From the NCBI GenBank assembly GCA_030018475.1, contig JASEFT010000004.1:1-46559 (forward strand): a stretch of 46,559 bases of DNA, given 5' to 3'. Made by a program: the position numbers and the translations under genes. This document shows positions 10,003-17,768 of this stretch, piece after piece (the stretch's first letter is position 1; each line of letters opens with the position of its first letter). The stretch is from Thermoplasmatota archaeon (GTDB taxonomy: Archaea; Thermoplasmatota; JASEFT01). The notes under the pieces were generated by a model. It was not told the DNA's origin, did no database searches, and worked only from the letters and a program-made list of their open reading frames with translations.

Positions 10003-11559
10003 ATGAGAAAAATCATAATGCTAATGCTTACCACCGCTTTGATTTTTAGCTCCTGCACTTTTGTTTCTGATAAAGTGGAAGGAGCAGAGCAACAGCAAAG
10101 AACTGTTTTAGCAGAACTGTTTACAGGCACTTGGTGCACGTATTGTCAGGGTGGAGAAGGTGCTATGGACAGACTTGCAAAAGAGTATCCAAGAACAAAG
10201 CTAACGATCATTGAGTGGCATAATGGCGATGATTATGTTACTGCAGACAACTCAGGCAGTGAGAGGGAAGACTTCTATGACCCACGTATGTCATTTCCAA
10301 CTGCATATTTCGATGGCACGAGTAGAGTTGTTGGAGGCTCAGAAGATCCTGATAATGGGACGGTATATAACAATTACAAAAGCAAAATAGAGGAGAGACT
10401 AGCCATACCCTCACCACTGGTTATAACTTCTACAGGCTATATTGAGGGAGCCAAGGCGGTAATAGCTGTAGAAATAAAGGCGATAGGCGATATAGGGCTA
10501 AGCAATCTTTATGCCCACTTTGTACTTTATAGTGATCATAATGAGACTGCATACGTTGATGGGAGAGAGTATAGATTAAGGTACACGGCGTTAAAAAGTG
10601 TAGCCGAGCCAATTTCGCTGTCAAAAGGAATGAGTTTAGCAATTTCGAAGAATTTCACGCTCCAAGTAGGTTGGGATAGAGACAAACTCGGTGTTGTAAC
10701 ATTCGTTCAAACACATGATAGGGAGACACACTCAGAGACAGATTTGCCACCATATTATTACACCGCAGAGATTTTACAATCAAACGATTTCAGATACATT
10801 AATGTTGAGCTTAAGCCTGACCAAACAGTTACTGAAGTTAGTATAGGAGGCACTGCTAATTTTAATGTAGTATTGAAGAATACCAGAAATGAGGCTGATA
10901 CTTATACATTACGCTTATTAAAGTCTTTACCGCAGGGATGGAGCGCTAATCTCTGTATTGACGGCACTTGCTACCAATCTGTAGCATCTATATCTCTTGA
11001 GAGGCAAGCAAGTAAATCGATAAATATCAGCGTGATAAGCGCTTCCGATGCGGAAAGGGGGGCAATAGGTATTGTAGAGCTGATTGTAACTTCTAGCTTA
11101 ATGCCTGAAGGTAAAAGCTCTGTTGTTTTAAAAGCTCTTACAGTTTCTGCACCTACACCTGTAGTACTTGAGTGCAAGTCAACATATAAAACGTCAGTAA
11201 CTCTTTCTTGGAGCAGGAATACAGATGCCAATTTTCTTAGATATGAGATTCATAAAGGAACTGTACAGAACTTTACCATCAGCGATAATACTTTGGTAAC
11301 TGCTATAACTACGCAGAGTAAAACTTCTTACGACGTTACAGGACTGCTTCCAAATACAGACTATTACTTCAAAATTAGAGTTGTAAATGATTATGGTTAT
11401 AGCGATTCCGAGGAGGTTCATGCTAAAACTTTGCTTTCACCGAAAGGCGAAGTTGCTCTACCATTAACTATTTGGATAGTTGTAATAGCGATGGTCGCAA
11501 TTCCTGTTATTGTAATACCAATTGTTTTAGTTAAAGTAATGAAAGGTACTAAAAGATAA
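10003..11559 (+). CDS. secreted/membrane-anchored surface protein with thioredoxin-like CxxC domain and fibronectin type III domain
   Basis: N-terminal signal/lipobox-like LIFSSC, WCTYCQ motif, FN3-like region (VTLSWSRNTD...YYFKIRV), C-terminal TM helix plus basic tail. Confidence 0.6.
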   Translation: MRKIIMLMLTTALIFSSCTFVSDKVEGAEQQQRTVLAELFTGTWCTYCQGGEGAMDRLAKEYPRTKLTIIEWHNGDDYVTADNSGSEREDFYDPRMSFPTAYFDGTSRVVGGSEDPDNGTVYNNYKSKIEERLAIPSPLVITSTGYIEGAKAVIAVEIKAIGDIGLSNLYAHFVLYSDHNETAYVDGREYRLRYTALKSVAEPISLSKGMSLAISKNFTLQVGWDRDKLGVVTFVQTHDRETHSETDLPPYYYTAEILQSNDFRYINVELKPDQTVTEVSIGGTANFNVVLKNTRNEADTYTLRLLKSLPQGWSANLCIDGTCYQSVASISLERQASKSINISVISASDAERGAIGIVELIVTSSLMPEGKSSVVLKALTVSAPTPVVLECKSTYKTSVTLSWSRNTDANFLRYEIHKGTVQNFTISDNTLVTAITTQSKTSYDVTGLLPNTDYYFKIRVVNDYGYSDSEEVHAKTLLSPKGEVALPLTIWIVVIAMVAIPVIVIPIVLVKVMKGTKR

Positions 11560-11691
11560 AAAAAGAGTGAGCTAACGATATTTTCGCAGCAATAAAATTG
11601 CTGCTGCGCTGAGAATAATTGCTATCGCAGCTATTGCAACAGTCACAATAGTTTTGTCATCGAAATATATTAGATCTGTAGTTCACTTAAT

Positions 11692-12897
11692 TTAGAACAG
11701 CTTCACCTCTACCTCTTCTCCCTTTTCTAAAACATCTACGTTTTCAGGTATTTCGATATAGCCTTGCGCTTCACTCATACTCGTAATCGCGCCTGACTCT
11801 TTGAATACAGGTATTGCAAGCCCTTTTTCTAATCTCACAGTTAAAAAGAATCTTCTCCCTAAACTGCCATGGACTCTTTTAGCCAGCTTAGCTTTTACAA
11901 CAATTTCCTCTTTCTTAGGCAATCTAGCAAGCTTTCTTAGCGCGGGTGCGAGGAGAAGATAGGCGTTAAGTAAGCAAGAGGTAGGATAGCCCGGCATACC
12001 GAAAATAGGTTTTCCTTTAATTATACCAAAGAGTGTAGGCTTGCCAGGCTTCATCTGAATACCGTGAAATTTTATTTCGCCAAGCTCTTGCACTACATTT
12101 ACGAGGAGGTCGCGCTCGCCTACAGAAGACCCTCCTGAGAATACTATCAAATCGCACTTCAAACTCTTAATTACTGCTTTTCTTAGAGCTTCAAGTTTAT
12201 CAGGTATTATTGGAAATATCAAGCTCTTGCATCCGTTATTTTTTACAATAGCAGAAATTGTATGCGTATTAATATCATAAACTTGCCCTTCTTTTAGCTC
12301 TTTGCCAACTTCACAAACTTCTTCCCCAGTAGGTATTATTGCAACTTTTGGCTTTTGCCAGACTTTTATTTTACTAATACCTAATCCTGCAACTACTCCA
12401 ATTTTGCTTGCAGTAATAAAATCCTCTTCCTTTATTACCAAAGAGCCTCTCTTTATATCTTCTCCTCTCAGCCCAATATTTTCTTTAGGCGCTACAGACT
12501 TGAAAATCTTTAATTTTTTATTTTTCTCCTCAGCGTTTTCAGCCATTACCACGGCATCTGTACCCTGAGGCAATTTAGCTCCTGTAGCTATTCTAACAGC
12601 CTCTCCCTTCATTACTTTGATGCCAAGAGTTTTTCCCACCTCTGCAGTCCCAACAATTTTCAAAATTTTAGGTCTGTATTGCAATGCCCCGAAAGTATCT
12701 TTTGCTCTTACTGCATAGCCATCCATAGCAGCGCGGTCGAATGACGGCAGATCAAAATTTGCATAGATATTTTCTGCATTTACTCTATCAAGTGCTTGAG
12801 AAATGGGAATGTTAGTTTTACTTTTTATTGGGTTGATATTTTCTAGAATTATTTTCTTTGAATCTTTAAAGCTTACTAAATAACCGAACAATTTCAT
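11692..12897 (-). CDS. moeA: molybdopterin molybdenumtransferase MoeA
   Basis: MDGYAV, SGGSSVGERD, MKPGKP motifs. Start set at MKLF (12897), abutting the moaB stop. Confidence 0.85.
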   Translation of the reverse strand: MKLFGYLVSFKDSKKIILENINPIKSKTNIPISQALDRVNAENIYANFDLPSFDRAAMDGYAVRAKDTFGALQYRPKILKIVGTAEVGKTLGIKVMKGEAVRIATGAKLPQGTDAVVMAENAEEKNKKLKIFKSVAPKENIGLRGEDIKRGSLVIKEEDFITASKIGVVAGLGISKIKVWQKPKVAIIPTGEEVCEVGKELKEGQVYDINTHTISAIVKNNGCKSLIFPIIPDKLEALRKAVIKSLKCDLIVFSGGSSVGERDLLVNVVQELGEIKFHGIQMKPGKPTLFGIIKGKPIFGMPGYPTSCLLNAYLLLAPALRKLARLPKKEEIVVKAKLAKRVHGSLGRRFFLTVRLEKGLAIPVFKESGAITSMSEAQGYIEIPENVDVLEKGEEVEVKLF

Positions 12898-13403
12898 CTT
12901 TGTAACGACCAAATCAAATGTTTCGCTTGCGGTAGAATTAATTTTTCTATTGCAAGCTTTACAGCTTTCTTGCTACCGGGTAGGCAGAAAATAAGCTTTT
13001 TATTTGCAACCCCTGCGAAAGCTCTAGATAGCATGCTTGCACTACCTATCTCTTGATAGCTTAACATTCTAAAAAGCTCTCCGAAGCCCGGAAGCTCTTT
13101 TTCGAGTAACGGCTTTATAGCTTCAACAGCAATATCTCTACTTCCTATACCTGTGCTGCCGTTCGTAATTATTATTTGGATTTTGTTAAAACTCAATAGC
13201 TTCTTTATTTCATCCTTAACATCTTTTATGTCATCTTTAACAATATTGTAATACTCAGTTTTATTGTTAGTATCCTCTACACTCTTCATAATTATCTCAC
13301 CTGATTCATCGTTTTCTTTAGTTCTCGTATCGCTTATTGTAACTACTGCAAACCCCATGCTACTTAGTTTTAGAGCTTCATTTTCATGCTCTTTATAACT
13401 CAT
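12894..13403 (-). CDS. moaB: molybdenum cofactor biosynthesis protein MoaB/Mog family
   Basis: TNGSTGIGSRD and LPGSKKA motifs. Confidence 0.8.
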   Translation of the reverse strand: MSYKEHENEALKLSSMGFAVVTISDTRTKENDESGEIIMKSVEDTNNKTEYYNIVKDDIKDVKDEIKKLLSFNKIQIIITNGSTGIGSRDIAVEAIKPLLEKELPGFGELFRMLSYQEIGSASMLSRAFAGVANKKLIFCLPGSKKAVKLAIEKLILPQAKHLIWSLQR

Positions 13404-13846
13404 CTTTTCTTTTCCTTCCTTGTAACCTCTATGTTAGTTATTCTAGTAAATGGATATTGACCTTCTTTATCCTTTTCTAGATATTTCACAAGATCCCAAA
13501 TAGTGAGAAGAGCTGTGGTAACACCTACTAGCGCTTCAAGCTCCACGCCTGTTTTGTATTCAGCTTTCACCTCGCATTTGCAGATTATTGAGCTTTCTTT
13601 CAAATCAAAATCAACTTTTACAGAGCTTAATGGTATTTGATGGCAGAATGGAATGAGTTGAGAGGTGTTTTTTACAGCGCTAATGCAAGCTACTTTTGCG
13701 CACGTTAATACATCACCTTTCTTTACAGTTTTTTTACTAATTGCTTCTATAGTTTCTTTTCTCAGTTTGATTTCGCCCTTTGCAACAGCGCATCTTGATA
13801 CAATCGGCTTCTCAGAGATATCTATCATTTTGTTTCTTCCTTCCAA
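13400..13846 (-). CDS. moaC: cyclic pyranopterin monophosphate synthase MoaC
   Basis: IPFCHQIPL, TGVELEAL motifs. Confidence 0.85.
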   Translation of the reverse strand: MEGRNKMIDISEKPIVSRCAVAKGEIKLRKETIEAISKKTVKKGDVLTCAKVACISAVKNTSQLIPFCHQIPLSSVKVDFDLKESSIICKCEVKAEYKTGVELEALVGVTTALLTIWDLVKYLEKDKEGQYPFTRITNIEVTRKEKKR

Positions 13847-14190
13847 ATAGGCACAACTTTCTTTAACTCATCGATAAGCCATTCACAGGCTTTAAAAGCT
13901 TGCTCTCTGTGCTCTGAGGCTACTGCTATAAGTGCAATATTATCAGAAACTTTTAGTTTGCCTATCCTGTGCACAATAGAAATCTTATGAATATCAAATC
14001 TCTTCTCAGCTTCTTGCACTAATTTTCTGAGCTCCTTTTTCGCCATTTTTTTATAACACTCTATCTTCATCGATCTTATTTTATCGTTTCTAACAATGCC
14101 TAAAAAGCAGACAATAGCGCCTGCTCTTGAAGATTTTATTTTTTCTATTATTTTTTCAACTGAAAATTTCTCGGCTGTGATTTTTATCAT
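13825..14190 (-). CDS. moaE: molybdopterin synthase catalytic subunit MoaE
   Basis: GAIVCFLGIVR...HR(I/V)G...VPIWK pattern; clustered with moaC/moaB/moeA. Confidence 0.75.
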   Translation of the reverse strand: MIKITAEKFSVEKIIEKIKSSRAGAIVCFLGIVRNDKIRSMKIECYKKMAKKELRKLVQEAEKRFDIHKISIVHRIGKLKVSDNIALIAVASEHREQAFKACEWLIDELKKVVPIWKEETK

Positions 14191-14231
14191 GACTTAATTA
14201 TATCTAGCTCAAAAACTATCAATTTAACGTT

Positions 14232-15164
14232 TTATTGTAGTTTGCCTAAACTCGAGTAAAATTTAATTTTAACTCCGCAACTCTTGCACTTAGCGAACCT
14301 TTTTCCAATCATAAAATCTCCTTTGCATCTCAAGCATTTAGCGCTTTTAAAAAATTCTTCTAACCAAACTCTTCTTATCTCTTCCAAATCTTCAGCTTTT
14401 ATTTTAGCAATAAGGTTTCTAAGCTCCTCTTGCATTTCAGCTATTTTCTCCAACTCTGCGAATTTTATTCCTTTCAGTTGAGCAGCCAATTTAAATTTAA
14501 GTACTGGTGCTATACAAATACCTGCAATTGCGCCGCCGAGATGTGCAATATGACCGATACTATCTGAGACGCGCATGACTGTATACAAGGTTTCTATTCC
14601 AAAATAAAGAGCTGCAACTATAATTATAGGAACTCTAGGAAGCCATACAAAGCCCAAAGGAGCTGCAACTTCATCTTTAGGATAGAGAAATGCGTAAGAG
14701 CACATAATTCCAAATATAGCGCCACTCGCTCCTATACCGAGATCGTCTTGCGCAATACTGCCTTGCGAAAGATAGAAAATTAATGCGTTGAACAATACCG
14801 CAAAAATACCTGATACAAAATATACGAATGCAAATCGTGGAGAGCCAACTCTTTCTTCAAAAGGCAACCCTATAAAAATCAAAAAAAGCATGTTTATCAG
14901 TATATGGAAAATACTGCCGTGTAAATATAAATGTGTTAACACAGTATAGAATTTAGCGCTTGAAATATAGCTAGGTTTGCAACCCAAAGTTAGTATAGCA
15001 TCGTTTAAAAGCTCGTAATATTGTAAAAAATTTGCTGAGATTAAAATTAAAAAAATAATGAAATTTGCAATTACTATTGTAAGTGGGAGCGACAGCCTCT
15101 TTATTGCTGAGTAGATAAAGCTTCCAATTATTACTAAAATTATTGCTAAGAGTAGAGCATTCAT
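14232..15164 (-). CDS. rhomboid-family intramembrane serine protease with C-terminal zinc ribbon
   Basis: GASGAIFG catalytic Ser motif, HLGGAIAG His motif, multiple TM helices, C-terminal CxxC...CxxC. Confidence 0.8.
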   Translation of the reverse strand: MNALLLAIILVIIGSFIYSAIKRLSLPLTIVIANFIIFLILISANFLQYYELLNDAILTLGCKPSYISSAKFYTVLTHLYLHGSIFHILINMLFLIFIGLPFEERVGSPRFAFVYFVSGIFAVLFNALIFYLSQGSIAQDDLGIGASGAIFGIMCSYAFLYPKDEVAAPLGFVWLPRVPIIIVAALYFGIETLYTVMRVSDSIGHIAHLGGAIAGICIAPVLKFKLAAQLKGIKFAELEKIAEMQEELRNLIAKIKAEDLEEIRRVWLEEFFKSAKCLRCKGDFMIGKRFAKCKSCGVKIKFYSSLGKLQ

Positions 15165-15166
15165 TT

Positions 15167-17065
15167 TTATTTTTTCAAATCTCTGATTACGGAGAGAGTT
15201 ATTATTACTATTAAAATTATCGTAATCGAGTAAGGCAGCGAAATTTTTTCGTTGTAATTGCTATCATTATCATTATTATGCTCTATTGTCCAATCGAAAA
15301 TAAAAACATCTTCAAAATATTTTGCTGTATCTCTATTCTCTATAATCACACCTGCTTCTCTATTCTTAGCTACTGAGTTGTAATTCCAATTGATACTTGA
15401 AATCAAGACTTTTTCTCCATCCACAACTATACCTTTATTGTGAATTTTAGCTAAATAATTTTTTTCAAATACCAGTGCTTTCGCCTCTAAATTCAGATTT
15501 TCTCGCCGTGCAATTCCATTTACATACGCTACAGTATCTAAATTATCTTGCTTGTTTATTTCATTGCTTACATATTTTCCGTCAAGTAAAATTTTAACTT
15601 CGCAACCACGCCTTGCAGCATCAATTACGCTTTCTAAATATAAGTTTGGATAAGAGCTCCAATTAAGTTTGCACGATAGTAGCTCAATATAGATATATTT
15701 TTTAGCTGAATTGATTAGCCCAAGAACTGAGCTGTTTTCAAGTAACGAGCTGTCTGGCGAAAGTACGGGCGAGATATTAAATGAAGAGTTGGTTATTTTA
15801 ACTCCAAATTTAGGTTTGTAGTGGGTAGTAGGTCTTCCTTCCTCGCTTACTACGAACCAGTTGGGGGGCAAGTAGCGCTCATCGTTTAAATTCATCTGGA
15901 TAATATCGTTCTTGCTCAAATTAAAATCTTCAAAGAACACATCTGCAAAATATCTTGCTACTTGCGAGCTTTTTATAACAACTCCCCAGCCCCTATCGCC
16001 ATAAGTATTATCCATAGGAATACCAGTAGGCTTCCAGTTTTCAGAAGAAATTATTAGTGTGTGATTATCGATAACAGCATATTTCGAGTGTAGATAATTG
16101 TAGCGTGTAGGAATATTTCTCTCGCTATCTGATACCATAAATCTAATCTCGCAACCTTTTTCGAGGAGCATGCTACAAATGTACTTCTCCAGATATGCCT
16201 CTCTATAAGCGTTTATTCCCTCGTAATACTCCTGCTCATCTACATTACTAAAATTCCAGCCGACTGGCGAGCCCTCAAGAAGTATTTTTATATCTACATT
16301 TCTTTCGCTTGCGTTAATTAAATATTTCGCTAGCTGATAGTTTGTCAACTGATAGAGGCTCAAATATACAGATTCTTTTGCTTTTTCTAACTCTTCTTTG
16401 ACTACTTGGAAGCTACTATCAGGCGATACGAAAGCTACAACGGTAGTATTAAGTTGAAAAGTTTTATATTCGAAATTTGACTGCCCAACCTTATAAATTC
16501 TTGGGCTATCCCAATCGGACGCGCTATCGCTGTCTAAATATAGCCCAGAGACCTCAGAAATTTTCCTTTTCAGTATAGTGCCTTCACTAACCGCTCTAGC
16601 AGGCTTGCCAACCCAGCCTTCGCCATTATAATTTGAATTTCCATAAATGATAGCATCAATAACATTTCCACGTGCATCTTTGAGTATAACATCATCGCCA
16701 GAATTTGCAAGCTGAAATTTATTATTGACCTCGAAGTTTGCTGTAAAACCAAGCTCGCTGTTGAAAGCGCTACTATTCCTTGTAACGTAGATACTTTCTT
16801 TTGATTTTAAAATAGTACAGTTTGGAAATACAAAATTTCCTTCTAAATCAGTTAATTCCCAGTTACTAATATCAATATTATTCTCAGTAGGATTGTAAAT
16901 TTTAATGTATTCTTCAGGCTCGTAAGGAAGATAAGTATCGTAATAGATTTCTATTATGAGAATTGAGCTCGTAGGATTTTGCAAATTAGCTTTAATACTG
17001 TAGGCAGAGCTTAAAGTAAAAAAGAGAATAACAATGCTGTAGATGGCTAATGAAGCTTTAGTCAT
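15167..17065 (-). CDS. secreted phospholipase D-superfamily protein with N-terminal lamin-tail (LTD) domain and two HKD motifs
   Basis: N-terminal signal/TM. LTD-like EYIKIYNP...ISNWELTD. HSKYAVIDN...SSENW and HNKGIVVDG...SSINW HKD motifs. C-terminal TM. Confidence 0.75.
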   Translation of the reverse strand: MTKASLAIYSIVILFFTLSSAYSIKANLQNPTSSILIIEIYYDTYLPYEPEEYIKIYNPTENNIDISNWELTDLEGNFVFPNCTILKSKESIYVTRNSSAFNSELGFTANFEVNNKFQLANSGDDVILKDARGNVIDAIIYGNSNYNGEGWVGKPARAVSEGTILKRKISEVSGLYLDSDSASDWDSPRIYKVGQSNFEYKTFQLNTTVVAFVSPDSSFQVVKEELEKAKESVYLSLYQLTNYQLAKYLINASERNVDIKILLEGSPVGWNFSNVDEQEYYEGINAYREAYLEKYICSMLLEKGCEIRFMVSDSERNIPTRYNYLHSKYAVIDNHTLIISSENWKPTGIPMDNTYGDRGWGVVIKSSQVARYFADVFFEDFNLSKNDIIQMNLNDERYLPPNWFVVSEEGRPTTHYKPKFGVKITNSSFNISPVLSPDSSLLENSSVLGLINSAKKYIYIELLSCKLNWSSYPNLYLESVIDAARRGCEVKILLDGKYVSNEINKQDNLDTVAYVNGIARRENLNLEAKALVFEKNYLAKIHNKGIVVDGEKVLISSINWNYNSVAKNREAGVIIENRDTAKYFEDVFIFDWTIEHNNDNDSNYNEKISLPYSITIILIVIITLSVIRDLKK

Positions 17066-17138
17066 TTAATAGCTGGATTTCTCACAAATGACAATTTAAA
17101 CCTATCGTGTACAGAACTCTAGCAGAACATTGTATACC

Positions 17139-17159
17139 AATAAAAGCCCGAAGTGGAGA
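17139..17159 (-). terminator. T-rich stretch after tRNA-Ala (GGGCTTTTATT on the minus strand)
   Basis: Oligo-T tract directly downstream of the tRNA-Ala discriminator base. Confidence 0.3.
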
Positions 17160-17173
17160 TGGACCCGTCGGGA

Positions 17174-17284
17174 ATCTCGATCTCCAGATGAAATACGATT
17201 TATTCTGCACAAAAATGCTTGCGCATTTTTGTGATTCGGATGAGAGCGGAGCTCTCATCCTCTCTCGCATTTCCTTCGGAAATG
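17174..17284 (-). other. tRNA-Ala intron 2 (111 nt, T-loop position 59/60)
   Basis: hBHBh': T-stem TCGGG/CCCGA, central helix UUCG/CGAG, bulges AGC and AUU, inner helix AUUUCC/GGAGAU. The body holds three perfect hairpins: GCATTTCC/GGAAATGC, GGATGAGAGC/GCTCTCATCC and CACAAAAATGC/GCATTTTTGTG. Confidence 0.75.
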
Positions 17285-17306
17285 CTCGAACCCGAGTCCT
17301 CCACAT

Positions 17307-17366
17307 ATCTGGGAAAAGAATGGATTAACCACCGTTTTTCTTTCTTCCCCTGAAAGGTTCCTTTCT
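17307..17366 (-). other. tRNA-Ala intron 1 (60 nt, canonical 37/38 position)
   Basis: hBHBh' layout: anticodon stem, CUUG/CCAG central helix (one mismatch), 3-nt bulges CAA and AUA, inner helix GAAAGG/CUUUUC. Confidence 0.75.
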
Positions 17367-17403
17367 TGCAAGTGTGGCGATCTTCCACTGATCTACGGGC
17401 CCG

Positions 17404-17485
17404 AGCCCTTTCTTTCTCTTTTTCAAAGAGAAAGAAAGCGTTCACGGAAAGAAAGAGAAACTAGGTTATCCTGTAAGGGATAACC
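17404..17485 (+). repeat. three-strand homopurine/homopyrimidine module A (hairpin + mirror-repeat third tract + flanking 8-bp hairpin)
   Basis: AGCCC; Y 17408-17421 CTTTCTTTCTCTTT; loop TTC; R1 17425-17438 AAAGAGAAAGAAAG (perfect complement); linker CGTTCACG; R2 17447-17460 GAAAGAAAGAGAAA (exact reverse of R1); then GGTTATCC-TGTAAG-GGATAACC. Confidence 0.8.
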
Positions 17486-17550
17486 TTAACCATCGTTTGT
17501 TGCTACGCAATCAGTATTCGCAGTTGCATTAACAACCTTCGTATTCTCAA

Positions 17551-17628
17551 GGGTTACAAAGTAACCCTTGCTTCTCTTCTTTTTCCGTCAACGCTTTTTC
17601 TTCTCTTCTCAAGAGAAGAAAAAGGGCT
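17551..17628 (-). repeat. three-strand homopurine/homopyrimidine module B (same architecture as A, inverted orientation)
   Basis: On the plus strand: GGGTTAC-AAA-GTAACCC; Y2 17572-17585 TTCTCTTCTTTTTC; linker CGTCAACG; Y1 17594-17607 CTTTTTCTTCTCTT (exact reverse of Y2); loop CTC; R 17611-17624 AAGAGAAGAAAAAG (perfect complement of Y1); GGCT. Confidence 0.8.
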
Positions 17629-17649
17629 GTAGCTGATAAAGATTTTCTA

Positions 17650-17657
17650 ATATTAAA
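17650..17657 (-). promoter_or_regulatory. TATA-like box TTTAATAT (minus strand), 21 nt upstream of the AGCC that opens module B
   Basis: A/T octamer at archaeal TATA-to-start spacing. The same octamer at similar spacing precedes module C (44063-44070). Confidence 0.3.
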
Positions 17658-17694
17658 TAGGTTTCTAGAAAAATATTTTAGTGGGCCCGATGAG

Positions 17695-17745
17695 ATTTTC
17701 AAGCCGCAACTACGGGTTGAAAATGTAGTGGACGTAGTCCACGGC
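17695..17745 (-). other. tRNA-Ile intron 2 (51 nt, T-loop; exact junction ambiguous within the repeated AAT)
   Basis: TTCGAAT|GCCGTGGACTACGTCCAC...TTGAAAAT|CTCAT. UUCG/UGAA central helix and GCCG/CGGC inner helix with one extra nucleotide (relaxed BHB). Confidence 0.7.
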
Positions 17746-17768
17746 ATTCGAACTCATGACCTCCCGGT

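Larger units (their letters stand above)
17160..17402 (-). tRNA. tRNA-Ala(UGC) interrupted by two introns (37/38 and 59/60)
   Basis: Exons give GGGCCCG-TA-GATC-AGTGGAA-GATC-G-CCACA-CTTGCAA-TGTGG-AGGAC-TCGGG-TTCGAGT-CCCGA-CGGGTCC-A. G3:U70 Ala identity pair present. No encoded CCA. Confidence 0.85.

Noticed and set aside
11560-11691. Minus-strand frame encoding a TM-like peptide (…TVAIAAIAIILSAAAILLLRKYR*) between the surface protein gene and moeA
   Set aside because: The only possible start is an internal GTG, giving about 25 aa. It resembles the C-terminal anchors of nearby surface proteins and may be a remnant. It is not supportable as a gene.
17488-17550. 63-nt core between the two inverted modules, examined as a possible tRNA half, C/D-box sRNA or micro-ORF
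   Set aside because: It has no GTTCGAAT-type T-loop, no C/D boxes, no stable hairpin and no ORF. Its function, if any, cannot be read from the sequence.
17082-17747. Four ORFs of 66-81 aa in the track (17082-17306, 17107-17328, 17200-17445, 17547-17747)
   Set aside because: They overlap tRNA exons, introns and the purine/pyrimidine modules. Their Lys/Glu/Arg/Ser-rich translations simply reflect those tracts.
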